Origin: an uncultured Actinomycetes bacterium
GTDB lineage: Bacteria; Actinomycetota; Actinomycetes; Streptosporangiales; Streptosporangiaceae
Assembly (NCBI GenBank): GCA_963767565.1
Contig: CAVYEG010000017.1
Span: 27,400 to 91,399 of the forward strand
DNA: 64,000 nt
Direction of reading: 5' to 3'
Positions within the stretch are counted from its first letter, which is position 1; each line of letters opens with the position of its first letter. A program made the position numbers and the translations under genes. Of this stretch, positions 1 to 8,195 are shown one piece after another. Under the pieces are notes generated by a model, which saw only the letters and a list, made by a program, of their open reading frames with translations, was not told the DNA's origin and searched no databases.

Positions 1-544
1 CGGAGCACGAGGCCGCCTGCTTCCGCGCAGGTCCTGACCCGGCCCAGACGGAGCCGGAGATCCGGGCCGCGACCGCCGCCGACGCCGGCGCCATGGCGGA
101 GGTGTTCGTGGCCGCCTGGCGGCAGGCTTACCCCGGCGTGGTCCCCGATGCCGTGCTCGCGGCGCTTGATCACGACCAGACGGCCCGCTGGCTGACCGGC
201 CTGATCGACCAGCGGGCCGAGGGCGATACCGATGTCGCCGTGCGGCAAGACCAGGTCATCGGCTTCGTCCGGTACGGCACCAAGCCGGAGGAACCGGGCG
301 GCTACGTGTTCGGGCTTTACGTGCATCCGGCCCAGGCCGGCCAGGGGCCGGCCAGATGCTGCTGCGGCACGCGGAGCAGCGGCTGCGCGAGCGGGGCTCG
401 GACACGGTCGCACTGCACGTCTTCGAGGCCAACGAACGAGCCAGGCGGCTGTATGCCAAGGCCGGATACGCGGCCGACGGCAGCACGCGGGTCGAGCCGG
501 AGTACGAGGCGACCGAGATACGGCTGGTCAAGGCGCTGTCGTGA
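1..544 (+). pseudogene. GNAT family N-acetyltransferase; 5' end runs off the window; apparent frameshift near 345-356
   Basis: The frame of ORF 93..806 reads EIRAATAADAGAMAEVFVAAWRQAY...GYVFGLYVHPAQAGQG (GNAT core and start of the Q/RxxGxG/A acetyl-CoA loop), then turns into Arg/Cys-rich junk. ORF 356..544 in a different frame continues MLLRHAEQRLRERGSDTVALHVFEANERARRLYAKAGY, the GNAT C-terminal part. There is no in-frame start codon between nt 3 and 93. Confidence 0.6.
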
Positions 545-1743
545 CACCTTCTCCGGCTACTTCACCGCGGCTGACGGCGAGCTACCAGGGGTTGCCGCAG
601 CACCGCGCCGGCGCGTACCCGGCGGTGTCGCGGCTGCTGCTGAGCCAGCTGGCCGGCGGGTTCCCGCCTGCCGCCGCCGTTCAGGTGGGCACGCCGGCGG
701 GCAGCCCCTATGCGGCGGCCGGCGGCTGGGCCAGGCTGGCCGGCGCGGCCGGCGCAGCTGGTGCAGTCGGTACGGCCGGCACGCCCGGCGGACCCGTCCC
801 GGCTGACGCCGGCACGCGGTTCGACCTGGCCTCGCTGACCAAGGTGGTGGTGACGCTGCCGCTGGTGCTGCTGCTGCACCAGCGAGGCCGGTGGAGCATC
901 GACGACCCGGTGGCCCGCTGGCTGCCCGGAGCGCCGAGGTCGCCGGTCACCATCAGCGACTGCCTGCTGCACGCGGCCGGGCTGGTGCCGCACCGGCCCT
1001 ACCACGCCACCTGCGCCGGGCCGGCCGAGATCCGGCGGGCGGTCATCGCCGAGCTGGCCGATGCCGTTCCCGGCCCGGTCAGCTACAGCGACCTGGGTTT
1101 CATGCTGCTCGGCTGGGCCGTGGAGGAGTGCGCCGGCCAGCCGCTGGACGAACTGGCTGACCGCGAGGTACTCGGGCCGCTCGGCATGACCTCGACCGGC
1201 TACCGGCCGCAGGTCCCGCTCGAGCGCGTCGCGGCCACCGAGGCCGACGGGGATCAGCGGTCCGGCACGGGCGTGGTCTGGGGCGAGGTGCACGACGGCA
1301 ACGCCTTCGCGCTGGGCGGGATCAGCGGGCATGCCGGGCTGTTCGGAACGGCCGCTGACCTGGGCCGGTTCGCGACCGCGCTGCTCACGCCGGACCGGCA
1401 CCCGGTGCTCAGCGCCGGGACGCTCGCGCTGATGACGGCCCGGCGGGCGGGCGCGGGCGCCGAGGCGCGCGTGCTGGGCTGGCGGCTGGACCCGGAAGCC
1501 TGGGGTCGCTGGCCGGGCGGGACGATCTGGCATACCGGCTTCACCGGCACCTCGCTGCTGGTCGCGCCGGCGCTTGACGTCGCGGTGGTGCTGCTGACCA
1601 ACGCGGTGCACCCGGTCCGGCGACTGGAGGCGACCTCGGCCCTGCGAGCCAGCCTGCACCGCGCCATCCGCGCGGCCCTGGACTATCCCGGAGCTGACTA
1701 TCCGGAAGCAGATTACCCCGGATCGGATAGTCCGGATTCGTAG
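541..1743 (+). CDS. Serine hydrolase, beta-lactamase class C-related / esterase family
   Basis: Has the SxxK motif (FDLASLTKVV), YSD (YSDLGFMLLG) and an HTG box (WHTGFTGTS). A GTG at 541 overlaps the GNAT stop (GTGA) in the frame of ORF 232..1743. The upstream part of that ORF is Arg/Ala junk overlapping the GNAT. Confidence 0.8.
   Translation: MTPSPATSPRLTASYQGLPQHRAGAYPAVSRLLLSQLAGGFPPAAAVQVGTPAGSPYAAAGGWARLAGAAGAAGAVGTAGTPGGPVPADAGTRFDLASLTKVVVTLPLVLLLHQRGRWSIDDPVARWLPGAPRSPVTISDCLLHAAGLVPHRPYHATCAGPAEIRRAVIAELADAVPGPVSYSDLGFMLLGWAVEECAGQPLDELADREVLGPLGMTSTGYRPQVPLERVAATEADGDQRSGTGVVWGEVHDGNAFALGGISGHAGLFGTAADLGRFATALLTPDRHPVLSAGTLALMTARRAGAGAEARVLGWRLDPEAWGRWPGGTIWHTGFTGTSLLVAPALDVAVVLLTNAVHPVRRLEATSALRASLHRAIRAALDYPGADYPEADYPGSDSPDS
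1681..1740 (+). repeat. Imperfect 15-nt tandem repeat (4 units) encoding DYPGA-DYPEA-DYPGS-DSPDS at the hydrolase C-terminus
   Basis: Read directly from the translated C-terminus LDYPGADYPEADYPGSDSPDS. Confidence 0.7.
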
Positions 1744-2002
1744 GAGTTGCGGGTGCCATCGGCCCGGCGGCATCCTCCTCGACCAGGACCAGGCCGCGAC
1801 CTAGCACGGCGGCCAGCTCGCCCGGTACGCGGTCCGGGCGGAACTTCAGCCGGCCGCCCGCCACAGGCGCGTGAGAGCCGCCGCATCGCAAGCAGTGGCC
1901 GATCTGATCACCTGACCTCCTAGAGCCGACCTGCCTTCGTTGGTCCCGCGCCACCTGCGGCCGTGCTGACCCGCGCGGGACCTGCATGGTAGCGGCAGCC
2001 TG

Positions 2003-2380
2003 TCAGAGGGCGATCAATCGAACGGCCGGGTCCAGGACCCGGAGATCGCCAGGATCGGATGTGACGATGTGCTGGTTGCTACGGCGTGCACAAATCACGA
2101 CGTGGGCGTCTGCTATATCGGAGGTCCCGCTGGCGGCCAGCAGCCTGCCGGCATTCGTCGCATCTACCCGGTCCAGGGCGATGACGTCGGTGGCCGGCTG
2201 CCGGGCCAGACGGGCGAGCCGGACTTGCCGGTCAGGCCGGCGGATCGCCTGGGCGAGCGCGGTGGCGGGGATCGTGACGCGGGCGCCGGTCTCGCGTGCG
2301 CGGGCTAGGAGCATCACCACACGGCGGTCATTACGATCCAGGGCGATCAGTCCGCCCGCGTCGAGGGTGACGCCCGGCAT
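2003..2380 (-). CDS. PIN-domain protein (VapC-type type II toxin)
   Basis: 125 aa. The pattern MPGVTLDAGGLIALDRND...TIPATALAQA...DAHVVICARR...IVTSDPGDL matches the PIN acidic-residue layout (D near the N-terminus, D/E mid-protein, TSD near the C-terminus). Confidence 0.7.
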   Translation of the reverse strand: MPGVTLDAGGLIALDRNDRRVVMLLARARETGARVTIPATALAQAIRRPDRQVRLARLARQPATDVIALDRVDATNAGRLLAASGTSDIADAHVVICARRSNQHIVTSDPGDLRVLDPAVRLIAL

Positions 2381-2556
2381 CAGGCAGCCGGCCTACTCGC
2401 AGAGCTGACACCGAGGATCTCGTCGGCCCAGCTGCGTTCCTCGTCCGAGAGCCCGCCGCCAGTTTCCCGCAAGGCTTCAGCGAGCTAGCGGGCGACCGGG
2501 CGGTTCTGCCGTTCCGCGCGATATTTCCCGGCGGCTAAGGTGCGGTCATGGAGACC
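2380..2556 (-). pseudogene. Possible remnant of the cognate antitoxin (RHH/VapB-like), with no start codon and an in-frame TAG
   Basis: The minus-strand frame ending in TGATG overlap with the PIN start reads ...RTLAAGKYRAERQNRPVAR*LAEALRETGGGLSDEERSWADEILGVSSASRPAA*. It is antitoxin-like, but it is interrupted by TAG (about 2485-2487), has no ATG/GTG upstream, and runs into the tenA start. Hand-translated only. Confidence 0.25.
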
Positions 2557-3258
2557 TCACCAGCGGCGCGTACGGACCGGGCCTTCTCGGCCCGGCTGCG
2601 GGACCGGTGCGATCGCATCTGGGCCGACCTGCATGCGCACCCTTTCCTGAGCGAGCTGGCCCGGGGAACATTGCCGCTCGACCAGTTCCGTTTCTTCCTC
2701 GAGCAGGACCTGCTGTTCCTGCCCGCCTTCGCCCGGTGCCTGGCCTTGGGCGCGGCCAGGTCGGCCAGCGACGCGGATCTTGAGTTCTTCACCAGGCAGC
2801 TGGACGGGATCATCCGGCTGGAGATCCCGAGTAACCGCAGGCTCCTGGCCCAGGTGGTCAGCCTGGGAGCCGAGGATCGGGGCGGCGCGCGGGGCATGGC
2901 CCCGGCCAACGTGGCCTACACTAGCTTCCTGCTGGCCACCGCCGCGGCGGGCGGCCCGCTGGAAATCACCGCGGCCATCTTGCCGTGCTCCTGGAGCTAC
3001 ATCGAAATCGCTGCGGGGCTGAAGGACGAGATCGCCGATCATCCCGTGTACTCGGACTGGGTGGCCTTCTACCTTCAGCAGGAGGAGGCGGATCTCGTCC
3101 TGAACATGCGCGAGACCTTCGACGACATGACCCGGGTCGGGGCGGTCAGCGACGAGAAGCGCGAGCAGCTGGCCGGGATCTTCATGATGAGCTCACGGCT
3201 CGAGGGCAGGTTCTGGGAGATGGCCTACACCCTGGACCAGTGGCCTGACCTCGGCTAG
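2548..3258 (+). CDS. tenA: TenA/thiaminase II family protein
   Basis: WADLHAHPFLSELARGTLPLDQFRFFLEQDLLFLPAF and a C-terminal RLEGRFWEM are typical of TenA_C/PqqC-like haem-oxygenase-fold proteins. Confidence 0.75.
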   Translation: METSPAARTDRAFSARLRDRCDRIWADLHAHPFLSELARGTLPLDQFRFFLEQDLLFLPAFARCLALGAARSASDADLEFFTRQLDGIIRLEIPSNRRLLAQVVSLGAEDRGGARGMAPANVAYTSFLLATAAAGGPLEITAAILPCSWSYIEIAAGLKDEIADHPVYSDWVAFYLQQEEADLVLNMRETFDDMTRVGAVSDEKREQLAGIFMMSSRLEGRFWEMAYTLDQWPDLG

Positions 3259-3366
3259 CCGCGTCAGTCCGCGGGGGGCTCGGGGACGAGGGCCTCGTGC
3301 CAGTCGCGGATAACCCATTTCCGGACAATTCCGTGCCTCCCCGGCTCATCGTCGCGCACCGCGCAG

Positions 3367-3753
3367 CTAGCCCGCGGCCGAGCTGGCTGCGCGGTCGTCG
3401 GCGCGGGCTGCCCGGTCGGCTTCGACCAGGTCCCGGGCGACCTGCAGGGACGACGCCCACATCTGGTCCAGGAACTCCCGCAGGGCCGCCAGCCCCTCCG
3501 GGCGAGCCCGGTACAGGCGGCGGGTCGCCACGCGCCGTTCGGCCAGCAGACCGGCGTTCTTGAGCACGGTGAGATGCTGGCTAACGGCGGTCCTGGTCAC
3601 CTCGAAGCAGCCCGCGATCTCGCCCGCGGACAGCTCGGTCCCGGCCACCAACCGGAGGATGGCGCGGCGGCGCGGCTCGGCCAGGGCGCGCAGCGCCTCG
3701 TCCATGTCCTGTTCCCGATCGTGCATGACCGCCTCGCCGCTAACGTCCGGCAT
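3367..3753 (-). CDS. ArsR/SmtB family transcriptional regulator
   Basis: ALAEPRRRAILRLVAGTELSAGEIAGCFEVTRTAVSQHLTVLKNAGLL is a canonical ArsR winged HTH. An alternative start is the ATG 27 nt downstream (MHDREQD). Confidence 0.85.
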   Translation of the reverse strand: MPDVSGEAVMHDREQDMDEALRALAEPRRRAILRLVAGTELSAGEIAGCFEVTRTAVSQHLTVLKNAGLLAERRVATRRLYRARPEGLAALREFLDQMWASSLQVARDLVEADRAARADDRAASSAAG

Positions 3754-3769
3754 CGCTAACGTTAGCGAT
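3752..3769. promoter_or_regulatory. Perfect 18-bp palindrome ATCGCTAACGTTAGCGAT at the ArsR start; candidate ArsR operator
   Basis: Read from the sequence, anchored by the stop of ORF 3574..3759 and the ArsR ATG at 3753. A half-site copy CGCTAACG lies about 15 nt into the gene. Confidence 0.5.
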
Positions 3770-3799
3770 CGCTGGCATTTGAGGTCAAGCCGCGGACGG

Positions 3800-4513
3800 T
3801 CACGGGATCAGCCCGAACACCGTCGCCGGCGAGCCGGACCCGGCCCGGATCCGGAAGCCGCCGATGACGATCCAGGCGCCGGCCGGCGGCAGCTGGCTCA
3901 GCCCGCACAGGTTCTCCAGGTGCATCCGGTGCTCCCGCAGCAGCACCCGGTTGGCGGCGAAGGAGGTGTCGGCGCCCGGATCGATGCCCATGGTGTCGAT
4001 CCCGAGGACCCGGATCGCGCGCTGCTCGATCAGCCAGCGGGCGGCTCCGGCGCCGAAACCCGGGTAGTGCAGGCGCTCTTCGGCGTCCGCGTTGAGGTAG
4101 GCCGCCGGATCCTGCCACCGGTCCTCGAAGCCGGTCCACATGATCACGGCGCTGCCCGGCGGGATCGGCCCGAATGCGGTCTCCCACTGCCTGATATCCG
4201 GCACCGCCAGGGTGAAGTCGGGATCCCGGGCGGCGGCGGCCCGTACGTCGAGCACGACCGCGGGCCGGAAGAAGTCGCCGGGGTCCAGCTCGTCCGCGGC
4301 CGGCTGGCCGGGGCCGAAGTGCGCGGGCGCGGCCCAGTGCGTGCCGGTCTGCTCACCGAACCCGAGCGACTGCAGGTAGTAGCCGTCCCGGTCGATGCTG
4401 GCCGCCGGGCGGATCTCGATCGGCTGATCACCAGGGAAGATCGGCGTGCCGGCGTCGAGCACATGGCTGAGGAAGACCACCCGGCTGAAGCCGAACGGGG
4501 CAGTGCTGGTCAC
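3800..4513 (-). CDS. Cyclase family protein (kynurenine formamidase-like fold)
   Basis: FLSHVLDAGTPIFPGD...QTGTHWAAPAHF resembles the HxGTHxDAPxH cyclase motif, with Q and A at two metal-ligand positions. The ORF extends to 4648, but GTG 4513 avoids about 100 nt of overlap with the upstream gene. Confidence 0.7.
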   Translation of the reverse strand: MTSTAPFGFSRVVFLSHVLDAGTPIFPGDQPIEIRPAASIDRDGYYLQSLGFGEQTGTHWAAPAHFGPGQPAADELDPGDFFRPAVVLDVRAAAARDPDFTLAVPDIRQWETAFGPIPPGSAVIMWTGFEDRWQDPAAYLNADAEERLHYPGFGAGAARWLIEQRAIRVLGIDTMGIDPGADTSFAANRVLLREHRMHLENLCGLSQLPPAGAWIVIGGFRIRAGSGSPATVFGLIP

Positions 4514-4544
4514 CGGGCCGGCCTGGACCGGCCGGTCGCCCGCA

Positions 4545-6098
4545 TCAGGACTCGCCTGGACCGTCCGGGCTCGCCTCGTCGGCGGGCGCGGTCCATCCCT
4601 GGCTGGCGCCCGGGATGAATCCGGCCTGCCGGTCGCGGCCCGCGGCACCCGCCCGGCCCGGCGCGCCTGCCGAGTTAGCCGGGATGACGCGGGCGGGCTG
4701 AGTCCCGGTCGGCGGCCGCCTGGGCAGGCCGCCGGCGGTCGGCTCGGCCGCGGTCAGGCTGACCGGGCCTGGTACCTCGCCGGCGGTCCGGGTCCAGCGC
4801 GACTCGACGTCGTCGAAGATGGGCAACCCGCGAGACCTGGCCTGGCTGTCGGCCTGCGGCAGCACCACGCCCGGGCCCCCGTTCGGAGCTTCGGGCCGGG
4901 CCGGCCCGGCCAGCCGGGCGGCCGGCGGCTCGGCGCGCCGGGGGGCCTGCGGGGTGCGGGCTGACCAGGCCGGGTCGCGCGGCGTGGCCGGGACCTCCGG
5001 CTGGCTCGGCCGCACCGCGGGAAAGGCCGCCGGGGTTACCGCGGCGGGGCCCAGGCCAGCGGCGGCCAGGCCGGGATCCGCGGCGGCCGCGTAGGGGGTC
5101 AGGATCTCGTCGGGCAGCCAGACGAGCGCGGTAAGACCGCCGAGCTCAGGCTGGTTCAGCCGGACCCTGATCCCGTGCCGGGCCGCGAGCCGTCCGACCA
5201 CCAGCAGGCCCATCCACTTGGGCACGTCGATATTGCCCGGCGGGGGGTTGTCCAGCTGGTGGTTGGCGTAGGCCATGTCCTTGGCGGACATGCCAATGCC
5301 CCGGTCGGTGATATCGAGCAAGGCACCGCCGGTGGCCAGGATCTGGCCCTTGATCGCAATCGGCATCTCGGCCGCCGAGAACGACGCCGCGTTCTCGGTC
5401 AGCTCGACCAGCAGGTGCACCAGGTCGTTGACGGCCGGGCCGCGCACCGCGACCTCGGCCTGGATGTCGGCCGTGGCACGTTCGGAGTCTTCGACCTCGG
5501 CCAGCGCGGCCCGGACCAGCTGAGCCAGCCGCACCGGCTGGTTCCAGACCGGCGCAGGATGGTGACCGGCCAGGACGAGCAGGTTCTCCGCGTTGCGGTG
5601 GATGCGGACCGCGATCCGGTTCAGCTTGGACAAGCTGGCCCGGCGCTGCCCGTCCGGCTCCCCGCGCTCGAGGTCCTCGATCAGGCGGATCTGGCGTTCC
5701 ACCAGAGCCTGGCTGCGGTGGGACAGGTTGGCCAGGCTGTGGCTGACCCGGTCACCGTCGACGGCGACGGCCGCGGGCCGCGGCGCTTCCCGGTTCGCGA
5801 AGTCGAAGACGGGCGGCGCCGGCTCCGGCCGCGGCGCAAGGGCCGGAGCAGGCGGGGGAACGGCCACGAGCGGGGCTACGGCAGCGGGGACGGTCAGGCC
5901 GCGGCCCGGCTCGGGCGAGAACACGCCGGCCGCGGCGGCGTGAGACGGCACCGGGAGCACCCGGTCGGCACCGAAGGCCTGTCGCTCGGCATGACCATGG
6001 GCACTCTCGCCCCGGGTCCTGATCAGGTCCACAGCCATCAGTGCGGCTACCACCAGGACCAGAGCCACGAAGAAAATCTGGCTGAGCATGCCACTCAC
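4545..6098 (-). CDS. Conservon-type (CvnA-like) sensor histidine kinase-like ATPase: one TM segment, Pro/Ala linker, HATPase domain, long disordered tail
   Basis: LANLSHRSQALVERQIRLIEDLERGE...LNRIAVRIHRNAENLLVLAG...LVELTENAASFS...DRGIGMS...GLLVVGRLAARHGIRV matches the Streptomyces CvnA-family signature. The N-terminal hydrophobic helix is IFFVALVLVVAALMAV. Confidence 0.7.
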   Translation of the reverse strand: MSGMLSQIFFVALVLVVAALMAVDLIRTRGESAHGHAERQAFGADRVLPVPSHAAAAGVFSPEPGRGLTVPAAVAPLVAVPPPAPALAPRPEPAPPVFDFANREAPRPAAVAVDGDRVSHSLANLSHRSQALVERQIRLIEDLERGEPDGQRRASLSKLNRIAVRIHRNAENLLVLAGHHPAPVWNQPVRLAQLVRAALAEVEDSERATADIQAEVAVRGPAVNDLVHLLVELTENAASFSAAEMPIAIKGQILATGGALLDITDRGIGMSAKDMAYANHQLDNPPPGNIDVPKWMGLLVVGRLAARHGIRVRLNQPELGGLTALVWLPDEILTPYAAAADPGLAAAGLGPAAVTPAAFPAVRPSQPEVPATPRDPAWSARTPQAPRRAEPPAARLAGPARPEAPNGGPGVVLPQADSQARSRGLPIFDDVESRWTRTAGEVPGPVSLTAAEPTAGGLPRRPPTGTQPARVIPANSAGAPGRAGAAGRDRQAGFIPGASQGWTAPADEASPDGPGES

Positions 6099-6604
6099 AT
6101 CTTGTCGATGGCCGGCCGCAGGTACGCGACGCGGCCCCTGACGTCGTGCCGGATCCGGCGCGGATCGGGGTGCCCGGCCTGCCGGGCCACCGGGAATCCA
6201 CCCGGCAGCGCGTTCAGCATGGCACCCTCCCCTAGCGACCTATTCCGGGCGCCGACGGTCAGTCGCCGCCACTCTAACGGCTAACCAGGCGGCATGCCTG
6301 ATATGGACGGAAACTTTCCTATCTACGACGCCGGCCGTCGAAGCTTTCGGCTCACTAAGCTTAACCCGCCCCGCTGAACTCATGCCTCGACTGTCCGCTT
6401 CAGCTGCGGAATGGCGTCCCGGTGCCGCTGACCATGGCGGCCGGCACTGCAGTTACGCGAAAAGCATGATCGAATATCAACAGCGGAATGACTTTTCCAG
6501 GCGGGTCCCGTACAGGGTCCTGCGGCATCGCTTCGTGACCAGACTTTCGCCCGGATAAATGGTACGTAGGCTGGCAGAACCACTACAGCCTCGCCGGTCC
6601 TGGC

Positions 6605-8053
6605 CTACCGGACCCGCCCTTCGGTCTCCCGCCGCAGGTGGAAGAACTGCGGCCGGAGCACCAACCGCGCGATGAGCATGAGGATGATCCCCGCGCCGAC
6701 GATGCCGACCAGCGACCAGATCTGCGCCGGGGGGGCGGCCTGCAGCGACTTCACCAGGATCCAGCCGAGGAACCCGGCGGCGGCTAGCGGCAGGAGGCCC
6801 AGGATCACCGCATCCAGGACATTGCTGAAGATACGGCGCCAGTAATAAGTTACGGCGGCGAGCGCGGTGAGGATGTAAAAGGCGGCATACATCTGGGTGG
6901 TCACGTCGATCAGATCGTTGAAGGCAGCCGCCAGCGAGGTGGCGATCAGGTAAGCCCAGGTAATCGCGAGCAGGATCACGCCGAACACGACGGTCGCGGC
7001 GAGCGGGGTGGCGAACCGGCGGTTAACGTTTCCGAGGAACGGCGGCAGCACCCGGTGGCTGGCCATGCCGTAAATGACCCGGGCGCCGAGCACGATGCCA
7101 GTGCCAGTGGTGGCGATCACCGACAGCGCGAGAGCCAGCGCCATGACCTTGGCCCAGCCGCTGCCGCCCAGCGCCTGGGCGCTGTAGACCAAGGCATCGG
7201 TCGAGTTGGCCTTGAGCTTGGCGGGCGACACCACGCCTTGCAGGCCCACTTGCACCAGCGTGTAGATGACGGCGAGGAAGGCGACCGCCATCATGGCCGC
7301 TCTTCCTGGATTGGCCCGCCGGTGCTTGACCTCCTCGTTGACATAGATGGTGCCGTCCCAGGCGACATAGGCGAACATCGCGACCAGGAATCCGCCAGCG
7401 AGGCTGCCGTGACCGCCGATCCCGTGCAGGCTGAACCAGGCCCTGGTGATGGGGAAGGTGCCGTGCCGGTGACCGGTGACCGCGATGAGGCCGACGATGG
7501 CGAAGCCGATGAGGATCGAGTACTCGACCACCGCCATGCCCACCTGAGTGCGGGCGGTGATCCGGATCCCGACGATCGCGATCACGAGCATGGCCAGGAT
7601 CACGACAGTGTCGATGGCCAGGTTCGGCGGGATGCTGGAGGACGACGTGGAGCCGAAAACGGTCAGCACGGACGGCCCGAGGACCACCGCGGTGCTGATC
7701 GTCCCGATGATGCCGGCCGCGATCATGAGCCATCCGGTCATGAAACCGAGGTACGGGTTGATCACGCGGCCGACCCACTCGAAGGCCGCTCCGCAGTTGG
7801 CGTTCCACAGGTTCAGGCGGCGGTAGCAATTGGCGATCACGATCATCGGCAGCGCCATGAGGATCAGCGCTGGTCCGCCGGCGTACGCGGTCGCCGCCGC
7901 GAGGGCGGCCAGCGTCAGCCCGGCCGATGCGGCAGGTGCCGCGTCGGCCATCCCGATGACGGTGTCCTGCGCGATCCCGATCGCATTCGGCTCGAGCCTG
8001 GCCTCGCCAACCGAGCCGGTTCCCGGCAAGGTAGCCGGGGATTCGACCGTCAT
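6605..8053 (-). CDS. APC superfamily amino acid/polyamine permease
   Basis: 482 aa with about 12 hydrophobic segments. The N-terminal region EARLEPNAIGIAQDTVIGMADAAP and the overall pattern are typical of amino acid permeases. Confidence 0.8.
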   Translation of the reverse strand: MTVESPATLPGTGSVGEARLEPNAIGIAQDTVIGMADAAPAASAGLTLAALAAATAYAGGPALILMALPMIVIANCYRRLNLWNANCGAAFEWVGRVINPYLGFMTGWLMIAAGIIGTISTAVVLGPSVLTVFGSTSSSSIPPNLAIDTVVILAMLVIAIVGIRITARTQVGMAVVEYSILIGFAIVGLIAVTGHRHGTFPITRAWFSLHGIGGHGSLAGGFLVAMFAYVAWDGTIYVNEEVKHRRANPGRAAMMAVAFLAVIYTLVQVGLQGVVSPAKLKANSTDALVYSAQALGGSGWAKVMALALALSVIATTGTGIVLGARVIYGMASHRVLPPFLGNVNRRFATPLAATVVFGVILLAITWAYLIATSLAAAFNDLIDVTTQMYAAFYILTALAAVTYYWRRIFSNVLDAVILGLLPLAAAGFLGWILVKSLQAAPPAQIWSLVGIVGAGIILMLIARLVLRPQFFHLRRETEGRVR

Positions 8054-8195
8054 ATGGGTCTCCTGTCCTGCTCCCGACGCCTGAGTGCTGACGGGAAGCG
8101 GAAAGCCACGTGCGAGATGGTAGCGGCCGATTCCGGCAGATGCAGACGAGAAATAGAAATACGCCGGCCGCCGGCGATCGCGGAGGGTGAGGTCA

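Noticed and set aside
562-1773. Long antisense or alternative-frame ORFs across the window. Examples are 562..1773(-), 7055..8566(+), 12999..14195(+), 14568..15848(-), 17701..19116(-), 20396..21931(-), 21978..23897(+), 28438..31155(+), 31451..32824(-), 35973..37538(+), 47335..48501(-), 52565..53911(-), 59779..61149(-) and 61366..62817(-).
   Set aside because: Each overlaps a gene with clear family motifs on the other strand or frame. Their translations are Arg/Gly/Pro/Ala-rich low-complexity strings, which is typical of stop-poor shadow frames in 70% GC DNA.
1744-2002. A possible gene remnant on the minus strand (GRLKFRPDRVPGELAAVLGRGLVLVEEDAAG) between the hydrolase and the PIN gene.
   Set aside because: I recognise no family, and it has no start or stop context. 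It is part of a compositionally biased shadow ORF (1541..1987).
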